Shown here: positions 58,132 through 64,000 of the stretch, one piece after another
Layout: each line of letters begins with the position of its first letter
Numbering within the stretch: position 1 is the stretch's first letter
Source: Bacilli bacterium
GTDB lineage: Bacteria; Bacillota_I; Bacilli_A; RF39; UBA660
DNA length: 64,000 nucleotides
Direction: 5' to 3'
Assembly: GCA_017522615.1 (NCBI GenBank)
Contig: JAFWYR010000019.1
Span: forward strand, 21,903-85,902
Made by a program: the position numbers and the translations under genes
The notes under the pieces: model-generated
Database searches by the model: none
Told to the model about the DNA's origin: nothing
What the model saw: only the letters and a program-made list of their open reading frames with translations

Positions 58132-58695
58132 ATGAATTTTAATATTTTTGATTATGTTTCATATAATTCAGTTGTTATTCTTTCTTATTTTTTTATATGT
58201 TTAGCAGTATTAGTTTTAGATAGAATTACAAAAGGTAAGGTTAATAATTTTTTTGTATGTAGAAGGGGTAATGTGTTTAATCCGATGAACTTTTTTAGAT
58301 TGTTTTTATCTGGTGTATGTCACTGTGATTGGATGCACTTTAGAAATAATTTTTTAACTATTTTATTACTTGGCCCTATGTTAGAAGAAAAATATGGAAG
58401 TATGAATATTTTATATATGTTACTTATAACTACAGCTGTTAGTAGTCTAGTTCATTTGTTTATATATGATGGTGGAGCAATAGGGGCTAGTGATAATGTA
58501 TTTATGATGGTGGTATTATGTTCTATAGTAAATATTTCATCTGGGAAAATACCTTTGACATTATTATTTATTTTAATGTTTTATGTATTTGATGAAATTG
58601 TTAAATTATTTTCTTCTAAAGGAGATCATATAGCTCATGATAGTCATATAGTTGGAGCTGTTTGTGGCTTTATTTTTGGATATTTTATATTTTAA
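58132..58695 (+). CDS. Rhomboid-family intramembrane protease-like protein
   Basis: 6 TM helices; 'GASDNVF' (GxSx serine motif) in TM4 and 'AHDSHIVGAVCGFIFG' (His in AHxxGxxxG) in TM6. ATG 58132 with 'AGAGGTGAG' SD; the ORF-track start 58102 overlaps the tRNA terminator. Confidence 0.6.
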   Translation: MNFNIFDYVSYNSVVILSYFFICLAVLVLDRITKGKVNNFFVCRRGNVFNPMNFFRLFLSGVCHCDWMHFRNNFLTILLLGPMLEEKYGSMNILYMLLITTAVSSLVHLFIYDGGAIGASDNVFMMVVLCSIVNISSGKIPLTLLFILMFYVFDEIVKLFSSKGDHIAHDSHIVGAVCGFIFGYFIF

Positions 58696-58718
58696 AAGAA
58701 ACCTAATATTAGGTTTCT

Positions 58719-59696
58719 TTATTTTGTACATGTCATACCTTGTTCTTTAGCTGCTTTTATAAATGCTTCAGGTGTTTCATCTTCTCCATTAAATTGTGTT
58801 TCAAATAATTTTTCAGCACTACTACGATTAGCAGTTACAGTGAATGTTACAACATTTCCTTTTTTCTCAGATGTTCCTTTTACACCATCAGTTTTTTCGA
58901 ATTCTTTAACCTGTTCTTTAACACTATCGTAGAAAAGATCTATATAATCTTTGTAAGTATCTTCAACAGTATATGTTCCTTTAATCGTAATTACATCAAC
59001 TTTATTACCTTTGAAATCAGTTGTTATTTCACTTTTTATTTTAATACCAGTTTGGCTTTGCTCTTGAGAACATGTTACAGTCTTTTTACCTAAGTTTGGA
59101 ATAAGTAATACTGCAACTGCTATGGCTACAACAACTATTGCGGCAACAATAATAATTATTTTATTGTTTTTAGCTCCTGAATTTTGAGCTGTATTTGCTG
59201 GCATTCCTTGGTTAGCTACGTTATTGTCAAAAGATTGAATCCCTGGGTTATTGTTAAAAGATTGAATTGTTGGTTCAGGATTTGCTGTTTCTGTAGGTGT
59301 AGCCATTGGTTCAGAATTAACTGGTTCAGTAGATGTAGTCATTGGTTCAGGACTAGCTGTTTCTGTAGGTGTAGACATAAGTTCAGGTCCAGTAGGTTCT
59401 GTAGGTCCAAACATAGATTCAGAATTAACTGATTCAGCAGATGTTTCCATAGGTTCAGGATTTGCAGGTTCTGTAGCTCCAAACATAGATTCAGGACTAA
59501 CTGATTCGTTAGGTGTTACTGTAGGTTCAGTAGGTGCATTCATAGGCTCTGGATTATTTCCGATTAATCCTCCTTGAAATATTTGTGTTTTATCATCTAT
59601 TTGTTCATTAGTTGGTGTTGTGTTAATTGGTTGTCCACATTTTGGACAAAACATATCTCCTTCAGGTATTTGATTACCACATTTTGTACATATCAT
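58719..59696 (-). CDS. Zinc-ribbon membrane protein with Pro/Thr/Glu-rich tandem repeats and extracytoplasmic C-terminal domain
   Basis: N-terminal 'CTKCGNQIPEGDMFCPKCGQ' (CxxC...CxxC), about 8 degenerate 'xEPMxT/SPTETxN' repeats, TM 'IIIIVAAIVVVAIAVAVLLI', then a 140-aa domain ending 'GMTCTK'. Confidence 0.55.
   Translation of the reverse strand: MICTKCGNQIPEGDMFCPKCGQPINTTPTNEQIDDKTQIFQGGLIGNNPEPMNAPTEPTVTPNESVSPESMFGATEPANPEPMETSAESVNSESMFGPTEPTGPELMSTPTETASPEPMTTSTEPVNSEPMATPTETANPEPTIQSFNNNPGIQSFDNNVANQGMPANTAQNSGAKNNKIIIIVAAIVVVAIAVAVLLIPNLGKKTVTCSQEQSQTGIKIKSEITTDFKGNKVDVITIKGTYTVEDTYKDYIDLFYDSVKEQVKEFEKTDGVKGTSEKKGNVVTFTVTANRSSAEKLFETQFNGEDETPEAFIKAAKEQGMTCTK
59184..59560. repeat. 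Imperfect tandem repeats (~42-51 nt units) encoding the Pro/Thr-rich linker of the zinc-ribbon protein
   Basis: Reiterated 'ggttcag(g/t)a...gctg(t/g)ttctgtaggt..' units. The + strand ORF 59184-59432 is a frame artefact of the repeats. Confidence 0.6.
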
Positions 59697-59848
59697 TTTC
59701 CATACTCCTTTCTATAATCACTTTAGCAAAAATGAATATGGTAGTCAATAGAATTTTCTTTTTTATTTTTAGTTTTACACTGTATTTTTTTTAAATCATT
59801 TTGAATTATCATAATTTAAGTGTATAATATATTCAAAGTAGGGAAGTT

Positions 59849-60502
59849 ATGAAAGTAAATGATAAAGTAATGTATCATTTTCATAAAAATGGTATATATG
59901 ATGATATGTGGACAGTTGGCAATTCTATTATTGTTGATGATAAGTTTAATAGTGCTTTAGTTTGTAGAGCTATTGCTGATTTTAATACTAATGGGTTGAA
60001 TAAATATAAAGATATTTCTTTAAGTTTTATTGTCGATGAATATTTAAAACAAGAAAATGATATTTTATTTACTAAAATATTTGACAGTGTTGAATCGAAA
60101 GAGGATTTAATGAAACTTCTTATTATGTCTAGTAAGGTAATATGGGAAGCAAATATATTTAAAAGAGAGATGGCTTTGGAAGAAATACGAAGAAATTATT
60201 TTAATCATCTACCAAGCCGTAAACATTGTATATGGGTTATGCGAAAGCAGAGTATTGATTTTTGGAGAGGAAGACTAAAACCTTTTAAGGAATATAGTAA
60301 TAGTTTGATTTTATATTCTGTGTCTTTAACTGGAGATTTGTTTAGAACTAATGAACTATTTTTACCATCTGATAATTATAGTTATGTGGAGTGTTTAGAA
60401 GCTTCATTTGATTATTGGAATCCCGATTTTAGTTTTACTGATGATTTGAAAGATGAATATTTATTTCAAGGAGAAGTAAAGATTTTAGATAAGGTATTAT
60501 AA
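59849..60502 (+). CDS. Cytoplasmic protein, unknown function, co-transcribed with an EEP-family nuclease/phosphatase
   Basis: 217 aa; no motif recognised; 10-nt gap to the downstream gene. Confidence 0.4.
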   Translation: MKVNDKVMYHFHKNGIYDDMWTVGNSIIVDDKFNSALVCRAIADFNTNGLNKYKDISLSFIVDEYLKQENDILFTKIFDSVESKEDLMKLLIMSSKVIWEANIFKREMALEEIRRNYFNHLPSRKHCIWVMRKQSIDFWRGRLKPFKEYSNSLILYSVSLTGDLFRTNELFLPSDNYSYVECLEASFDYWNPDFSFTDDLKDEYLFQGEVKILDKVL

Positions 60503-60512
60503 GGATGATATT

Positions 60513-61220
60513 ATGGTAATAGGAACTTTTAATGTAGATAATAAGATTTTTGAAAACAATATAAATGGAGAAAAAAGAATGGATAAACTTATTTCTTTTA
60601 TTAATGGTTATGATTTATCTATTTTAGGTATTCAAGAGTTAAGTAATTCTAATAAAAGATATTTAGAAAAAAAGTTAAAAGATTATAAGATATATGGTCA
60701 TTCTAAAGGTGGTTTTTCTTTTAATGATGAATATAACTCTATAATAATGAAGAAAGATTTTACACATGTTAAAAGCAAGACATATGCTTTATCTAAAAAA
60801 ATAGATAAAGTTGGTTCTAAATTTTTATTTAGTTTATTTCCCAGAATTTGTACAGTTGTTCATTTTAAATATGATAATCACTATTATATGATGATAAATA
60901 CTCAGTTAAGTAGTTTTGTGAATAGGAATAAAGAAATAGATGCGTTAAATAAAATTATACTTCGAGAAAGAAAAAAAGATGAGTTTCTTATTATTACTAT
61001 TGATTTTAATGGGAAGATTAACGATAGATTAAAATGGTTTATTACAGAAAACGGACTTAAAGTAGTTAAATTTTATACTAAGAGAAAAATATATGGAATT
61101 GTGGATAATATATTGCTTTCTAAAAATATTAAAATTATATCAAAAAGAACAGTTGGATTTAATGAAATAAAAATAAGTAAACATAATCCTTCAGTGGTTA
61201 GAATAAGTGTAAAAGATTAG
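60513..61220 (+). CDS. Endonuclease/exonuclease/phosphatase (EEP)-family protein
   Basis: 'IGTFNVD' (N-terminal Asn), 'LGIQEL' (catalytic Glu), and C-terminal 'SKHNP' (the SDH-like motif). Confidence 0.6.
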   Translation: MVIGTFNVDNKIFENNINGEKRMDKLISFINGYDLSILGIQELSNSNKRYLEKKLKDYKIYGHSKGGFSFNDEYNSIIMKKDFTHVKSKTYALSKKIDKVGSKFLFSLFPRICTVVHFKYDNHYYMMINTQLSSFVNRNKEIDALNKIILRERKKDEFLIITIDFNGKINDRLKWFITENGLKVVKFYTKRKIYGIVDNILLSKNIKIISKRTVGFNEIKISKHNPSVVRISVKD

Positions 61221-61287
61221 AAATATTTGATATATTTTTAATCTTTTTTTAATATTTGAAGGTATAATTATATTAGAGGTGATATTA

Positions 61288-61980
61288 GTGAGAATATTAG
61301 TTGTTGAAGATGAACCAGTTTTAGCTGATATAGTTGCGGATAGTTTAAAAAAGGAAAAATATAGTGTAGATGTGTGTTATGATGGGGAAGAAGGAGAGTA
61401 TAATGCTTTATCTGATATTTATAATTTAATAATTTTAGATGTTATGCTTCCTTATAAAGATGGTTTTGAAATACTTAAATCTATTAGAGAAAATAATATT
61501 AAAGCTAAAGTTATTATGTTAACTGCTAAAGCAGAACTCGAAGATAAGTTAACCGGTTTAGAGGGCGGAGCTGATGATTATATTACTAAGCCTTTTCACA
61601 TAGAAGAGTTACTGGCTAGAGTTAATATTCAGCTAAGGAAGAAAGCTATTAAGGATGATAATTGTATTGAATTTGATGATTTAAAACTAAATTTAAAAAC
61701 TTCAAATCTTATGTGCACGAAAAGTGGGGAAAGTATAGATGTTGGATTAAAAGAATTTTTATTATTGGAAGAGTTTATTAGAAATCCAAATATTATTATT
61801 TCAAAGGATCAAATATATGATAAAGTTTGGGGAATAGATAATATTTCTGATTCAAATAATTTGGAAGCATATTTATCTTTTGTTAGGAAAAAGATTAAAA
61901 TAATTGGTTCTAGAGTTCAAATTAAAGCTTATAGGGGACTAGGTTATAAGTTAGAGGTGCGAGATGAAAAAGTTATTTAA
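61288..61980 (+). CDS. OmpR/PhoB-family response regulator
   Basis: 'RILVVEDE', phospho-acceptor 'LIILDVMLP', 'MLTAK', winged-helix C-terminus 'AYRGLGYKL'. GTG 61288 with 'AGAGGTGA' SD; TATAAT at 61263-61268. Confidence 0.85.
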   Translation: MRILVVEDEPVLADIVADSLKKEKYSVDVCYDGEEGEYNALSDIYNLIILDVMLPYKDGFEILKSIRENNIKAKVIMLTAKAELEDKLTGLEGGADDYITKPFHIEELLARVNIQLRKKAIKDDNCIEFDDLKLNLKTSNLMCTKSGESIDVGLKEFLLLEEFIRNPNIIISKDQIYDKVWGIDNISDSNNLEAYLSFVRKKIKIIGSRVQIKAYRGLGYKLEVRDEKVI

Positions 61981-63157
61981 TAAAGTATTTTGGGTTTTGT
62001 TTTCGATTTTGTCTATTTTTTTGATTTCAATATTATTTATCTTTAATTACACTAATTATTCTGATGTAAAAAATAGGATTAGAAATAGTTTGAATATTAT
62101 GGATAGACCTAATAGAAATAATATGGATGAAACGGAACCTCCTGGTGATAAAAAAAATATTAGATTTATGGATATTTCTGTTTATTCGGTTATTTTATCA
62201 GGTGATGAAGTTTTGGAAGTTATTAATCACGATATAAATTTAAAAAGTGAATCTGATATTAAAATGATTGCTAGAGAGGTTTTAGATAATAAGAAAAGCG
62301 ATTATTATATTGGAAATTTATATTTTGATAAATATTCGTATTCTCTTTCTGGTAATGTGCTTACAATTTGCGAGAATGGTTCTGTTAACAAAGGAATAAT
62401 AAATAATTTGATTATTTCTATATTTGTATTTGTTGTTTCTGAAATTATTATTGTGTTTGTTTCTCTAAAGATTACTGAGTGGATAAGCAGACCTGTAATA
62501 GATGCATTTAAAAAACAAAAAGAATTTATAGCTGATGCGTCTCATGAATTAAAAACTCCTCTTGCGGTTATTATGGCTTCTTCTGAAGCTTTAGAAAAAA
62601 CTATGGATAATAAGTATGTTAAAAATATTGTCAGCGAATCTGAGAGGATGAATAAACTTATTTTGTCATTATTAGATTTAGCAAAGTCTGAAAATAAAAA
62701 TAAGGAATATAAGGAAGTTGATTTATCTAAATTAGTGGAAAAGTCTATTTTAACTTTTGAAAGTATTATTTATGAAAATAATATTAAATTAGATTACAAT
62801 ATAGATCAAAATGTCAAATTAATATGTGATAGTGATGAAATTAAGCAAGTGATGTCTATTTTAATCGATAATGCGATTAAACATAGTGAAGAAAATGGTG
62901 AAATATTTGTAGAGATGCATTCTGCTAAAAACGAGGTAAATATAAATGTTAGAAATAAAGGAAAAGCTATTTCTAAAGAAGATGAAGACAAAATATTTGA
63001 AAGATTTTACAAAGCTGATAAATCTAGAAATAGAAATAGTAATACATATGGTTTAGGTTTAGCTATAGCTAAAAATATTGTTACTAATCACGGAGGGATC
63101 ATTTCAGCTCATTCTAAAGATGGATATACTAATTTTAAAATAATATTAAAAAAATAA
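61964..63157 (+). CDS. Sensor histidine kinase (HisKA plus HATPase_c), two TM helices
   Basis: H-box 'IADASHELKTPLAV', N-box 'IDNAIKHS', G-boxes 'RFYKADKSR' and 'GLGLAIAK'. Overlaps the response-regulator end. Confidence 0.85.
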   Translation: MKKLFNKVFWVLFSILSIFLISILFIFNYTNYSDVKNRIRNSLNIMDRPNRNNMDETEPPGDKKNIRFMDISVYSVILSGDEVLEVINHDINLKSESDIKMIAREVLDNKKSDYYIGNLYFDKYSYSLSGNVLTICENGSVNKGIINNLIISIFVFVVSEIIIVFVSLKITEWISRPVIDAFKKQKEFIADASHELKTPLAVIMASSEALEKTMDNKYVKNIVSESERMNKLILSLLDLAKSENKNKEYKEVDLSKLVEKSILTFESIIYENNIKLDYNIDQNVKLICDSDEIKQVMSILIDNAIKHSEENGEIFVEMHSAKNEVNINVRNKGKAISKEDEDKIFERFYKADKSRNRNSNTYGLGLAIAKNIVTNHGGIISAHSKDGYTNFKIILKK

Positions 63158-63217
63158 TTTTTTTAATGTTCATTTAATGTATGATTTATATAATGTGATT
63201 GAAAGGAAGTGATGTGA

Positions 63218-64000
63218 ATGAAAAGAAAAACTAAAAATATAATAATAGTTTTTTCAATTATACTACTTGGTATATCTAATTATTTTACTATTAGTTATGC
63301 TGGAAAAAGTGTGAAAAGTGAATCTAGTATGGTTCAAGGTGAAGGAGGCTTTGGTGGTATGACACCACCTGATATGAATAATTCTGAAAATTCAGATAAT
63401 ACTTCTAGTTCTGATAGTAATAATGTTGCAACTGAGACGAAAGGTAAAATTGGAAAATCTAATAATTCTAATACTCCACCAACTAGACCTGGGAATTCAG
63501 AAAATTCTAGTAATGATTCAGGTAATAGTTCTAATACTCCTCCAGCAAGACCTGATGATTCATCTAACTCTGATAGCCAAGATGATTCAAATGTCCCTAC
63601 AAGACCTGATGATAATTCTGATAGTCAAAGTGATTCGTCTGATAATTCTAATATGAGACAAAGACCTAATTTTTCTAATAATAATCAGAAGATGAACTCT
63701 AATAATTCTAAAAATATAGATGTATTTTATTATGTCTTATTTGGAGTAGAAAGTCTTATGATAAGTATGTTAATTCTATATTTATTTATGTCATCATTTA
63801 ACAAAAAGAGTTTTAAAGAGACTTTTGAAGTTAAGGATAAAATAGTAATATTTATTCTAGCTAGTATTATTTTAACTAGTGGACTTACATTTGGAGATGG
63901 ATATTTAGCTCAAAACTTTTTTACAGAATCTTCTAATGTAACTAACTCTAGTAGTTCAGTTTCAGCTAGTGGAGCTAAAACAGTAGATGGTACAAAAGAG
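63218..64000 (+). CDS. Exported low-complexity (Ser/Asn/Asp/Pro-rich) repeat protein with second TM, 3'-truncated at window edge; missed by the ORF track
   Basis: ATG 63218; signal/TM 'IIIVFSIILLGISNYFTISYA'; repeats 'NSNTPPTRPGNSENS / NSSNTPPARPDDSSNS / NVPTRPDDNSDS'; TM 'VFYYVLFGVESLMISMLILYLFM'. The frame is open to position 64000. Confidence 0.5.
   Translation, partial: MKRKTKNIIIVFSIILLGISNYFTISYAGKSVKSESSMVQGEGGFGGMTPPDMNNSENSDNTSSSDSNNVATETKGKIGKSNNSNTPPTRPGNSENSSNDSGNSSNTPPARPDDSSNSDSQDDSNVPTRPDDNSDSQSDSSDNSNMRQRPNFSNNNQKMNSNNSKNIDVFYYVLFGVESLMISMLILYLFMSSFNKKSFKETFEVKDKIVIFILASIILTSGLTFGDGYLAQNFFTESSNVTNSSSSVSASGAKTVDGTKE
63420..63660 (+). repeat. Imperfect ~60-nt tandem repeats encoding TPP(T/A)RP(G/D) units
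   Basis: Three reiterations of '...tctaatactcc(a/t)cca(a/g)c(t/a)agacctg(g/a)...'. Confidence 0.45.

Noticed and set aside
59184-59432. 82-aa + strand ORF (Cys/Arg/Phe-rich) from the ORF track
   Set aside because: It lies antisense within the tandem-repeat region of the minus-strand zinc-ribbon gene, and its repetitive 'CRCSHWFR' sequence is a frame artefact of the repeats.

Overview
This is a low-GC (~28% GC) Firmicute-type chromosomal window read with the standard genetic code. About 55 plus-strand and 6 minus-strand genes are supported.

Core content:
- Translation and housekeeping blocks: rbfA, then the infC-rpmI-rplT operon behind an L20-type leader/attenuator, then mraY, tig, priA, fmt, ruvA-tdk-ruvB, queA, miaA, dinB, tex, uppP, and a T-box leader in front of argS.
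- Later in the window: rsmD, rpsU-yqeY, rpsB-tsf, uppS-cdsA-rseP, a tRNA-Leu(GAG), a rhomboid-like gene, an OmpR-type response regulator, and a histidine kinase.

Accessory and unusual content:
- A cluster of three TasA/camelysin-like secreted fibre-protein paralogs lies next to an archaeal-type signal peptidase (SipW-like) fused to a ~270-aa polytopic membrane domain.
- Two more divergent TasA-like genes occur elsewhere; one is interrupted by a single in-frame TAA and carries a strikingly GC-rich 3' segment.
- A type IV pilin-like gene sits with a degenerate-GGDEF receptor, YihY and LtaS.
- A C39-peptidase ABC exporter (PCAT) is followed by two double-glycine-leader peptide genes that the six-frame ORF track misses.
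- Two ribosomal proteins (L20, S2) carry homologous Rho_N/SAP-like C-terminal extensions.
- A RhuM/Fic-like gene has a single in-frame TAA.
- The rpsB-tsf / uppS-cdsA synteny is interrupted by an apparent insertion: a TasA-like pseudogene, a GC-rich structured-looking leader, an L,D-transpeptidase-like gene and a transglutaminase-like gene.
- A zinc-ribbon protein has EPM-type tandem repeats.

No CRISPR array, rRNA or intact mobile element was seen.
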